Positions 14,476-27,522 of a stretch of 64,000 bases of DNA are shown here, piece by piece. The notes under the pieces were generated by a model. That model was not told the DNA's origin and did no database searches. It saw nothing but the letters and a program-made list of their open reading frames with translations. The translations under genes were made by a program, and so were the position numbers. The stretch is from positions 16,678,001 to 16,742,000 of the forward strand of contig OZ024758.1 of the NCBI GenBank assembly GCA_964016885.1. Direction: 5' to 3'. Positions within the stretch are counted from its first letter, which is position 1, and each line of letters begins with the position of its first letter. The stretch comes from Eledone cirrhosa. Taxonomy: Eukaryota.

Positions 14476-14830
14476 TATATATGTGAAGACAAACATAGAA
14501 TATTCGAAAATATTCTGTATGTTTATAATAAACATTTTGAAGACCTAATCGCTAGAATAGAATACGTCACGTATTACAATTTGAGATTCTCGATAAAAGC
14601 AAGGTAAGTATTCTATAAGTCTCTAGCTGTGTCATTCTCGATAGAAGCACTGGATATGTAATCCTGATGATTTCTAATAAGAATGAAACGCGTAGGTTAC
14701 TTCCCTTGCTTTTATCGAGAATCTCAAATTGCAATACGTGACGTATTCTATTCTATAGCGATTAGGTCTTCAAAATGTTTATTATAAACATACAGAATAT
14801 TTTCGAATATTCTATGTTTGTCTTCATATA
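14476..14830. mobile_element. Fold-back mini-element (~125-bp inverted arms) with a hammerhead in the spacer, (TA)n-flanked
   Basis: 14480-14604 is the reverse complement of 14704-14827 with few mismatches. Confidence 0.85.
14658..14700 (+). ncRNA. Minimal type I hammerhead ribozyme
   Basis: gtaatc CTGATGA t ttct aata agaa t GAAAC gc GTA ggttac: stem I gtaatc/ggttac, stem II ttct/agaa, palindromic stem III ACGCGT, GUA cleavage triplet. Confidence 0.85.
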
Positions 14831-15013
14831 TATATATATATAAATGTATATATATATATATAAATATATAAATATATATAAATATAAATATATAAATATA
14901 TATATAATATATATATATAAATATATATATATAAATATAAATATATAAATATAAATATATATATATATAGTAATACATTTGAAGACTAAAATCCAAAGAG
15001 GGCTCGATAAGGT

Positions 15014-15063
<50 letters not shown>

Positions 15064-15111
15064 TTTGGTCAATCAATGATAAAAGTTGATTGCCAAATAA
15101 ATTAACTATGG

Positions 15112-15180
15112 AGATATAAAAGATACAGAAGCGAAAACTAACCAAACAGTGAGTGTGTTCTGTTATTATTTCTGGCCATT
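15112..15180 (+). mobile_element. Fragment of the PLE 3' terminal repeat region
   Basis: agaagcgaaaactaaccaaacagtgagtgtgttctgttatt matches 50430-50470. Confidence 0.75.
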
Positions 15181-15395
15181 GACTCTTAAGAGCTCCTTTG
15201 CCCTTTGACAGGTTTTGTTTTTAGTCCTGCAGGATGTCAAAAGTCACCCTCCTCACCCAGAAACCTTGGTGGGGTTGCCAGTTTAGTCGCCAACGACCCG
15301 ACTATGGGACAGGTTGTACTGGAATACATGTTACCAGTAGCAACCAACATATATGGTGACCTGACATATATATACATACATACATACATACATAC

Positions 15396-15450
<55 letters not shown>

Positions 15451-15702
15451 ATTGGTGTTGTATGCTTAAAGCGTCCGTATGCGGTATGAGCACTGAATGC
15501 CCTCGTAGAGCAGAGTATGATATCACAGAAAAAAGAGAATCAGTGTTGAGGACTATAGGAACATCTGCATCGTAGAATAGAGACGTATCCGATTTCAGAG
15601 TCAGGTTTGATCACCATATCAATCGTGCCTCGAGCTGGTCGCCCGAGAAACAATTGTAATATGTCCAATAAATTCCTTTCGCCGCAACACTGATTCTCTT
15701 TT

Positions 15703-15757
<55 letters not shown>

Positions 15758-15758
<1 letters not shown>

Positions 15759-15832
15759 CAAAGGAATTGGGGTAAGGCACCATATGGACCATACAGCACC
15801 AGAGTACTCAATACTTAGGGAAGTAGAGTGGG

Positions 15833-15865
<33 letters not shown>

Positions 15866-15973
15866 AAAAAGTATGACCCCGACGGCAGAGCTCAAGCCGT
15901 TTCGACGGCTATTTCAGTCCAGAAAAGCCGTCGAAACAGCTTTAGCTCTGCTGCTGGGGTCATACCTTTTCCT
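15758..15973. mobile_element. Fold-back mini-element (hairpin 15862-15973 plus one-sided extension 15758-15832)
   Basis: Near-perfect ~110-nt palindrome. Same family as 26047-26243; TA-flanked. Confidence 0.8.
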
Positions 15974-16381
15974 ATATATATATATATATATATGATAGAT
16001 AGATATAGATATATTTACGCACAAATTTATATATATATACGTATATGTAACGTTATTTTAATCAGTATGAATTAGTTATATTAGGAAAGAAATAACTTTT
16101 CTTAGTTATGTAGTGCTTCTTTTAGTAATCTACGCTGGGAGTTATGATAAATAAATTCAATTCATTCTAAAATTTCAAAACATGTCGAGGTTTGTTGTTA
16201 CTATTTTTTTAATGTATTTTCTCCTCAAAAATATATCTCTATAGCATTATTTTTCTCGAAAACAAATGAATAATATATAGATGAATAATAAATCAACTGA
16301 ACGTAAAATGCGTTTTAAAATATAAGATAATCTAATTGGTAGAAAGACTTGGTAAAATCACCATCATTGTAAAGATATGAA

Positions 16382-16425
<44 letters not shown>

Positions 16426-16490
16426 ATATATATAACATATATATCTACACACACACATATATAATATGTGTGTGTATACATATGTGTGTA

Positions 16491-16522
<32 letters not shown>

Positions 16523-16872
16523 GAATATATATGTGTCTATATATATAATGTATATATATATATATATAATATATATATATGTATATATATTATACATGTG
16601 TGTGTATATATATATATATAGAATGTATATATATATATATGTGTGTGTGCGTATATGTATAGAATATATATGTGTGTCTATATATATAAATGTATATATA
16701 TTTAATATATATATATGTATATATATCAATATGTATATGTATATAGATACATATATATTTATATATACATATATATGTGTGTGTGTATATATATATATGC
16801 ATATATATATAAACATTTATACACACATATATATATACATATATGTGTATATATACGCCCAACTATATATAT

Positions 16873-16904
<32 letters not shown>

Positions 16905-16941
16905 TCATATACATATATATAAACACACACACACAAATATA

Positions 16942-16976
<35 letters not shown>

Positions 16977-17449
16977 TTCCAGAAAGAAAACTCAACGTAT
17001 TGAAATATCCCCATTGAGAGTTAGAGGTTGAAAAACTGATGGAATATAAAATTAACTTTCCACATATTGAAACCAATCTAAAATACAAAATGAAAAAAGC
17101 AATGATAACGTAGAAAAAAAATACTCTTCCATATACTTCCATAGCTATTTCTAACGTAATCTTCTTTTGCTTGCTGAAAAGGAACGATATATACATACAT
17201 ACATACAAGCATAAACAAAACCTATATATTTTGTGACTAGATTAGAATTGTATATTTTACAACACTAAATTAATATTAGGAACTATAAAAGCTGAAAAAA
17301 AGCTGAAGGAAGAAAAAAAAATGAAATGCAATATACACATAAGAGAAAAAGGCAAGACTGGTGACGTATTAAACAGATTAAGATAAGTGTGAGAATACAC
17401 ACCCTGCACACATATATTATGTTAAATGTAGATTTGTATAAATACAAAT

Positions 17450-17484
<35 letters not shown>

Positions 17485-17991
17485 CACAACTACCTTTGTA
17501 TTAGAGTGTGTATATATATAAATATATATACTGTATATATATAAAATATGTATAATATGTATATATATATAAAATATGTATATATATATGTGTATATATA
17601 TATAAAATATGTATATATATATATGTACAAATATATAAAATGTGTGTATATATATATATATATATGTATAAATATATAAAATGTGTATATATATATATAT
17701 GTATAAATATATAAAATGTGTATATATATATATATATATGTATAAATATATAAAATGTGTATATATATATAAAATGTGTGTATATATATATATATAATAT
17801 GTATATATATATATAATATGTATATATATATAATATTTATATATAAAATGTGTATATATATATATATATATGTGTATATATTATATATATATGTATATAT
17901 ATATAATATTTATATATAAAATGTGTGTATATATATATATATATATGTGTATATATTATATATATATGTATATATATCTATATATATATAC

Positions 17992-18031
<40 letters not shown>

Positions 18032-18765
18032 TAAATATATATATCTATATATGTATATATTATGTGTATATATATTTTATATGTATATATTATATTTGTA
18101 TTTTATATATATTTAAATATATGTGAGTGTATATACATATATATATTATATCTACAAAAAACAGAAGTATATATATATATACACACAATCATACACACCT
18201 AAACACACAAACATATATATGTATATTGCACATTCATACACAAGCATTTACACCAACATATATTATTCAAACCCTACCTTAATTGAGTTTAATTTTTTCC
18301 TCATATATTTTTCACACGATCGAATTCGCTTCCTTCCCACCTAGAATAGAAAAAAATATATCACAATAACGTGCTAAAATTTCTGTGAAAAGATTGTACA
18401 AGCAGACATTTTATTTCAATGTAGTATATATGTATGGCATTTTTATTTAAATGTGTTTATCTGCTAGACAATAGATGGTTTTTGCCCAAGTATTTAAGTT
18501 GTCATAATTCACATAATAGAGATTGAAATTAATGTCCTAATTGATGGATTACAAGTTTAACAATTTGGTCATCTCTGTGGAAAACAGATAATTTGGCTTG
18601 TTGAGGGGAAGAGATAAATCAGACAACTGACTAAATCTTAATAAGATTCAGTATATCTTCTGATGGGTGGCTTTCTATAATATCTTCCTATTGTCTTTTA
18701 TCCAATGTTTGCCTACGAAATAATTAATTGCAATTTAGTAATCATAGCATGTGGTATATACATAC

Positions 18766-18796
<31 letters not shown>

Positions 18797-18848
18797 TGGG
18801 GTATTATGATGGATTGACATCTAGACCGGAATTTACATATGTTTGCAT

Positions 18849-18884
<36 letters not shown>

Positions 18885-18964
18885 CATGTGTGTGTGTATT
18901 TGTGTATGTATATATGTGAGTGAGTATGTGTTTGTATGTACGTCAAAATCTATATACACATACA

Positions 18965-19000
<36 letters not shown>

Positions 19001-19033
19001 TATAATCAAGCCCCCTTCACATTTATTATTATT

Positions 19034-19068
<35 letters not shown>

Positions 19069-19315
19069 ATAATAATAAATGTGAAAAGGGCTTGATAAGG
19101 ATAAATATATATCAAATATATAAGACCCATAGAGCAAATATTTATTAGAATAACAGATTAAAGTTTAAGCAAAGTTTGAGTTTCAGAAGATCCCGTTAAG
19201 TGTGAAAGCAGCCAATATTTGCTTAAACTTTAATATATATATATATATAATCACTTCCCAATTCAACACATGGTATGTGTGGTGTGTGGTGTGTGGTGTG
19301 TGGTGTGTGGTGTGT

Positions 19316-19413
<98 letters not shown>

Positions 19414-19463
19414 TGGGGTATTATGATGGATTGACATCTAGACCGGAATTTACATATGTTTGC

Positions 19464-19502
<39 letters not shown>

Positions 19503-19648
19503 GTGTGTGTGTATTGGTAGAAATTCAACACATTTTGGTGCAGCGTAGATATATACAAATCTGAACTTTCAGTTGCTTTCTCTCTTTATATATAAATGAA
19601 GTATTTCCGGAGGAAAAGAGAATGCTCTATGTAGGCTACAGAGCTTAT

Positions 19649-19848
19649 TAGTTACGTAATAAAGAACATAAGATAATTATTTCATTTACCAGATGTTTCT
19701 TGAAGGCAGATACTTATATCTGTCTTCAGCCGTCAGAATGAATAAAGTTATTCATTCTGACGACTGTAGACAGATATAAATATCTGCCTTCAAGTAACCA
19801 CTGGTAAATGAAATAATTATCTTATGTTGTTTATAATAACATAACTAA
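19649..19848. mobile_element. Fold-back mini-element with one hammerhead per arm (19683-19740 minus, 19753-19810 plus)
   Basis: Palindrome centred on 19741-19752. Consensus of the arms is catt CTGACGA c tgaagrcagata taaa tatctgccttca a GAAAC cactg GTA aatg; each arm has a different single core substitution. Confidence 0.85.
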
Positions 19849-19975
19849 ATTTATATATATATATTTATATATATATATATATATATAAATTTATCCCGGG
19901 TTCAATTGGGTGTAACCACAGTAAGTAAAGTACTCAATACAAAGCAGGAATGAAACAGTTCTAGTCCTGTAGCAG

Positions 19976-20045
<70 letters not shown>

Positions 20046-20200
20046 GATATTAAACAAATGGAAACTATATTTATAAAACTATATTTATTTCGTTATATAT
20101 ATTTCTGGGATATCATATTAAAAATATGAACTGTTGAGTGCTTTTATATCAGTTATAAAATATTTACTCGTTGTAACCCAACAATCTTAAATAAAACTTT

Positions 20201-20248
<48 letters not shown>

Positions 20249-20478
20249 TGGCTTTGTTCGCTGACTGCTTTGGTATGAAATACAGTATAAACAGGAATGT
20301 TATAAATGAATATATGTTATGATTTTAAAACTATATATTTTACAATATATCCCATTAGAGAGCTAAAGGGATACCTATATCATTTGAGAAAAAAAAAGGA
20401 CGAGGAAAATAAAGGTACAATAAAGATAAATGTAAGTTGACAATCACTGGATAGTAAGGATAGCAACGAATATATAAT

Positions 20479-20602
20479 TCGGGTTCAGTCTAGTCCTATA
20501 CTTTTCAATGTTGTTTTTAAAACTATCATTAAAGGGCTTCCGACTTCATAATGATAGTGTTAAATGCAAAGTTGAAAAGTATAGTACTAGACTGAACCCG
20601 AA
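20479..20602. repeat. Diverged ~120-nt hairpin (fold-back relic)
   Basis: ttcgggttcagtctagt.ctatacttttcaa / ttgaaaagtatag.actagactgaacccgaa. Confidence 0.7.
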
Positions 20603-20863
20603 CTTTCATAAAAGTCAAATGAAATGCTACACAAGGAGGAAGTTCCTGATAGATACATTATGAACCATAAAAGATAGCAATGTTATACAAATGTGTATAC
20701 TTAAATTAAATATACAATAATTTCTTGCGAACAATAGAGATCTTTCCACTTCAGAAAAACAGAAATGCGTACGAAAAAGCTTTCAGTAGTTGATTCATGC
20801 AGGTACCGATTATCACTATATATATGTAAAAGATAAATAGAAATAACAACACAATCGGTACAG

Positions 20864-20892
<29 letters not shown>

Positions 20893-20895
<3 letters not shown>

Positions 20896-21439
20896 GATAA
20901 ATCTACCAAAAGTTTACGGTAGTGTCCAATCCGTATGAAGAACTCAATGTAATCCGGATATCATGGAAAGAAGAGATGCATTCAAAAATCACTTTCGGTG
21001 AAAGATAAACGGAATACAGAGTCAAGATAAAATGTTAAAAAAATAATGAATAAAACAATGAAACAGTTCCTTATATTAAACAAAATAGTTCATTATTTAA
21101 CGATCGTTTCTAGGACATATATGTGTTAGAATTGGCATGCATATTCAACAGATCTATGTACAAAATTATACAAACTATCAAATATAATATACATACCAAC
21201 ACATACATATGCCGTCTTCAGAAATAATCTTTTCTAATTATTTCTGAAGACGGCATATGTATGTGTTGGTATGTATATTATATTTGATAGTTTGTATAAT
21301 TTTGTACATAGATCTGTTGAATATGCATGCCAATTCTAACACATATATGTCCTAGAAACGATCGTTAAATAATGAACTTTTTTTGTTTAATATAAGGAAC
21401 TGTTTCATTGTTTTATTCATTATTTTTTTAACATTTTAT
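20893..21439. mobile_element. Fold-back mini-element inserted in (TA)n: ~200-bp arms (21027-21228 / 21237-21439) plus a one-sided extension (20893-21026)
   Basis: Near-perfect palindrome. A copy of the empty site lies at 21511-21630. Confidence 0.9.
21237..21373 (+). ncRNA. Type I hammerhead with ~100-nt expanded stem II (mirror copy 21092-21228, minus)
   Basis: attattt CTGAAGA c ggcatatgt-atgtgttgg ... ctaacacat-atatgtc cta GAAAC gatc GTT aaataat: 7-bp stem I, palindromic stem III. Confidence 0.8.
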
Positions 21440-21570
21440 ATATATATATATATATATATAGTTTTAATATAGTACAAAAAGGGTTTTATAGTACAAAATA
21501 TAGTACAAAAACCGATTATCACTATATATATATGTAAAAGATAAATAGAAATAACAACACAATCGGTACA

Positions 21571-21606
<36 letters not shown>

Positions 21607-22275
21607 TTAATATAGTACAAAAAGGGTTTTAATTTACAGTATTAACAATTTTTTATCATCTTCATTCTAACTTCTTTATTATTATTTTTTCTTTCTTTAT
21701 TATTGATGTTGTTATTTGAATTCTCCGTAGTATAAATACAAACATGAGTGTAATTTTGTCAGTTATTCCGATGATTTGATTAGGCATACACTGTATTTAA
21801 GGTTGAGTGACACAACTTCGAGTGATTAGCAGCCTTTAGACATCCTAATCAATGAAACAATTGTTAATACTGTAAATAAAACCCTTTTTGACCATGTTAT
21901 TCTTTACTCTTTCACTATTATTACTCCAAGATTAACCTGCATAGGAATTCCCGTGAACTCGCCACCTAACTATGGAAACCTCTTGTTGAGTCAAACAACG
22001 CCGTACTTTAAAACTATCCATAATATAGAGTACTCACAACCTCTAACTGGATTACCTATAACGATAATTTATTATCCTATATATATATATATAGAGAGAG
22101 AGGGGCGTTTTCAAATATGCAAACAGATAAGGGTAGGTGAAGAGATGTAAACAATTCAAAAATACGAGATTTATTACAATAAACTGTTCATGAGTTTACA
22201 TACAGATTTTAATTAGATGAATTCCTTCATACGAATGTTTATATAATTTGGTCTTATTTTCAATGATATATATGA

Positions 22276-23136
<861 letters not shown>

Positions 23137-23275
23137 GAAAATGAAAGCGAATATAATATTTTAAAGGTGTTTTGTTGACCGTAACTCACTTCATTGGTTT
23201 CACGAATTTTGTCGATTTTCTCAGACGTGAGACATTATGACAGACCTCTAGATCGTTCCTTTGTCACTTTTGAAC

Positions 23276-23307
<32 letters not shown>

Positions 23308-23341
23308 GATATATATATAGATATATATATATATATATATA

Positions 23342-23399
23342 TAAATGTAAGTATGTATGTATACGTACATACATATATGTATACAGACGTACAGTAGCA

Positions 23400-23451
<52 letters not shown>

Positions 23452-24184
23452 CAGGTACACATACATATATGCACGCATCAGTTTAGCGGACGCTTATTAT
23501 AACGCCGCTTTGTTCGTTTGTCAACAAACTGAACAGCCTGAATTTATGCCATACGGTGTTAAGGCAACCACGTCACCTTTTTGTTCAACACTGACACAGG
23601 AACGATGTACTAGTTTCAAGCTTGTTAGCTATCATCAGCACCGTTTACCCATCTGCCAGATAGTTGAACGTTCGAAAGTATATACTTTCCGTATGAAAAT
23701 TAACGGCTGAGCAGCCTAATTTGCATATTGAGTGAGTTAAATCGGTCAGGCATACCGAAAACGATAAGTTGAAAAAATGAAAACGAAATTTCATTTCTCA
23801 CTCTTAGTATGGCACTTACTTAAATGTAAGTATGTATGTATACGTACATACATATATGTATACAAACGTACAGTAGCATGCATATATATATATATATATA
23901 TACATACAGGTACACATACATATATGCACGCCTTAACACCGTATGGCATAAATTCAGGCTGTTCAGTTTGTTGACAAACGAACAAAGCGGCGTTATAATA
24001 AGCGTCCGCTAAACTGATGCGTGCATATATGTATGTGTACCTGTATGTATATATATATATATATATGCATGCTACTGTACGTCTGTATACATATATGTAT
24101 GTACGTATACATACATACTTACATTTAAGTAAGTGCCATACTAAGAGTGAGAAATGAAATTTCGTTTTCATTTTTTCAACTTAT
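23342..24184. mobile_element. Retrozyme-like element: ~480-nt unit plus a partial tandem repeat, followed by an inverted arm
   Basis: 23342-23477 is repeated at 23821-23931. 23930-24184 is the reverse complement of the unit segment ending at ~23564. Hammerhead on the minus strand. Confidence 0.8.
23603..23643 (-). ncRNA. Minimal type I hammerhead ribozyme
   Basis: cggtg CTGATGA t agct aaca agct t GAAAC ta GTA catcg; palindromic stem III ACTAGT. Confidence 0.85.
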
Positions 24185-24531
24185 ATATATATATATATAT
24201 ATATAAATGAAAATAGCGAAATTAATGTGAGCAAGAAGCCAACAGTATTTCATCATATATAAGTGACTATAACGTCAAGATGGAAAATATTTAACGTAAG
24301 ATATGGGAAAATAATTCAAACTCAATTAAAAAAAGAAGTTAAAAAAAAGTCATTTTATCCACAGATTTTGTGAAATCCAGGGAAAAAACCGATAGAGTCT
24401 TAACTCATATATATATATTTAACCTTAATTTTATTCTATGTATATATATGTATATATATTAATAAGGGTTGATGGACCCAGCATATTTATCAATGCCAGT
24501 ACCGGTTGTATCTCAGATATATATATATATA

Positions 24532-25085
24532 GTTATGCTTTGGGAGGGTCATGTTGCCAATAAGAAACACACGCACCAGTTGCTTTCACTCCAATTTATT
24601 ATAAATTAAATTTATAAATTTAAGAATTTATAAATTTCCGGTTGGTTGGTTGGTTCCACAACCGGGCTGTTGTTCATATATTGTCAAAGTTCTTTCGTCA
24701 CGCATTCTGTGACCTCTTCAGTGACTGGGGATTCTTTTCTTTGTTTTTGTGCATCTCCTTTGTTCTGTCCTACGCCATCTTGAAAAACAAGATGGCGTAG
24801 GACAGAACAAAGGAGAGGCACAAAAACAGAAAAACTGAAGAGGTCACAGAATGTGTGACGAAAGAACTTTGACAATATATGAACAACCGTCCGGTTGTGG
24901 AACCAATCAACCAACCAGAAATTTATAAATTCTTAAATTTATAAATTTAATTTATAATAAATTGGAGTGAAAGCGACTGGTGCGTGTGTTTCTTATTGGC
25001 AACATGACCCTCCCAAAGCATAACAATATCGGTTTCAACACACGTTTTCAGATAAAGAATCTTGCTAAACAAATTCAGAAACGAA

Positions 25086-25086
<1 letters not shown>
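24532..25086. mobile_element. Fold-back PLE terminal-repeat element (palindrome 24532-25024 plus ~60-nt tail), related to the 3' end of the 46-50 kb PLE
   Basis: Centre cttg-aaaaa-caag at ~24785. atgaccctcccaaagcataacaatatcggtttcaacacacg aligns with 50493-50534. Confidence 0.88.
24683..24725 (-). ncRNA. Minimal type I hammerhead ribozyme (the mirror copy at ~24836-24872 has lost the 5' strand of stem I)
   Basis: gtca CTGAAGA g gtcac agaatgc gtgac GAAAG aa CTT tgac. Confidence 0.85.
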
Positions 25087-25120
<34 letters not shown>

Positions 25121-25161
25121 CATTATTAATAAATGGAAACTATATTTATAAAACCATAATA

Positions 25162-25225
25162 ATTTTATTATATATATTTCAAGGGCAACGAAGGCACATT
25201 TTGGTGCGCTTTCATCAGATAAAAT
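25162..25225 (-). ncRNA. Type I hammerhead in a TA-flanked mini-element (25125-25395)
   Basis: attttat CTGATGA aagcgcacc...gttgccctt GAAA tatata TA ataaaat. Homologs at 26302-26364 and 55743-55806; deleted relic at ~20047-20195. Confidence 0.78.
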
Positions 25226-25390
25226 ACAAAATTTATTTTATAAATGTTGACATACACGCAGAAGAACAACCAGGACGGTTGGAGGTTCGTTCGATATTAA
25301 TAATGAATATTTACTCTATTAACTGTTGAGTACTTTATTTCAGTTATAAAACTTAGGTTTGTTGAATTCCAACAAATTAAATATAACCTT

Positions 25391-25430
<40 letters not shown>

Positions 25431-26046
25431 AAGGTTATATGATATATATAGTTAAATCTTAGACAGGAACAAAAGCAGAGAAGCAGTACAAATAGTGGTT
25501 TATTAGGCTTACGCATATGTATATAAATGTATGTGTCTATCTGTCTCCCTGTGTGTGTGTATGCGTGCGTGTATGCGTGCGTGCGTGCGTGCGTGAGAGA
25601 ATTTTTGTGAGCGTGTATGTGTGTATCTGTGTGAACCTGTGGTAAATATATGACCATTATGATCATTGGCGTGTCTCATCAGTATGGGTTTCTTAACATA
25701 TATAGCTGAGTCAATTCATTCAGCTGTGCGACTCCCTTTGGAGAATTGACTTAATGTCTACTAAAAAGTTATGAATAAAAATTATTAAGAGCTCTAACAG
25801 AGATGGAGAAATATCTTCTCTTATTAATCGAATGTTATATTTCAACAAAGAAGCGCGCACATACGCGCACACACACACACACACACACGCGCACACACAC
25901 GCACACACACGCACACACACGCACACACACGCACACACAGGGATACACATGTCTTGTACCACGTTTTCTTTCTCTTTATCTGTTTCGGTAGCAGTCTCTG
26001 TCGTTTGCTGTTCATACACACACACACGCATAAATATATATATATA

Positions 26047-26243
26047 ACGAAGGGAAAGTGGTAAGGAACCAGGTGGACCATGACGCACCAAAGTACTCAA
26101 TACTTAGGGTAGTAGAGTGGGTAATAGGAACAAGTAAGATCCCCCGACGGCTGAGCTCAAGCCGTTTCGACGGCTAATTCTGGACTCAGAATTAGCCGGC
26201 GAAACGGCTTGAGCTCTGCCGTCGGGGTCTTACTTGTTCCTAT
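26047..26243. mobile_element. Fold-back mini-element, same family as 15758-15973
   Basis: Palindrome 26124-26243 preceded by the shared gtactcaatacttaggg.agtagagtggg extension. Confidence 0.82.
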
Positions 26244-26301
26244 ATATATATATATATATACGATATTAACAAATGGAAACTATATTTATAAAACCATATT
26301 T

Positions 26302-26364
26302 ATTTCATTATACATATTTCAAGGACACCAAGTTAAATTATGGTGTGCTTTCATCAGATAAAAT
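26302..26364 (-). ncRNA. Type I hammerhead ribozyme
   Basis: attttat CTGATGA aagc acacca taatttaact tggtgt cctt GAAA tatgta TA atgaaat. Confidence 0.8.
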
Positions 26365-26739
26365 ATAATATAGATCAGTTTAATAAATAAATATTGACAT
26401 ACCCTTAAAGAATGCAACCATTGCTGTTGGAAGCTTCCGGATAGTGGAGTTGTAGCTTTAATTATATTATTAGTATTTAATTATATTATTTGTATATATA
26501 TTATTAGTATTTAATTATATTATTTGTATATATATTATTAGTATTTAATTATATTATTTGTATATATATATACACTCACACACACACACATATATATATA
26601 TATACATACACTCATACATATATATATATACACACACACACATATATACATATATATATATACACACACACACACATATACACACATATACACACATATA
26701 TACACACACATACACATATATACACACACACACACATAT

Positions 26740-26778
<39 letters not shown>

Positions 26779-27024
26779 CTCACCCACACATATATATATA
26801 TATATACTCACACACACACATACATATATACACAGACATAAACATATATATATACACACATAAACATATATATATATATACACACGCACACAAAATATCT
26901 ATATACACACACAAAAATGTATATATATATATATATATACTCACACAAAGATATGTATATACACACACACATATATATGTATATACACAAATATATCTTC
27001 AGTTGAATAGGAGTTCACAAATAT

Positions 27025-27375
<351 letters not shown>

Positions 27376-27522
27376 TATATAGATACATATATATTGATGT
27401 TGTGAACAACAGTTTAGTATATATAGGGTGTAAATGGATGTGGCATATATTATACGAGAATTGCACAATAATTCAAATTCAAATTCAAATTAAAATTAAA
27501 AGCACAGAGTGGAATACATGCG

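Noticed and set aside
25660-25690. Isolated CTGATGA on the minus strand (also weak candidates at 23195-23230, 38240-38290 and 55040-55085)
   Set aside because: No properly placed GAAA/NUH half or supporting stems; not counted as hammerheads.
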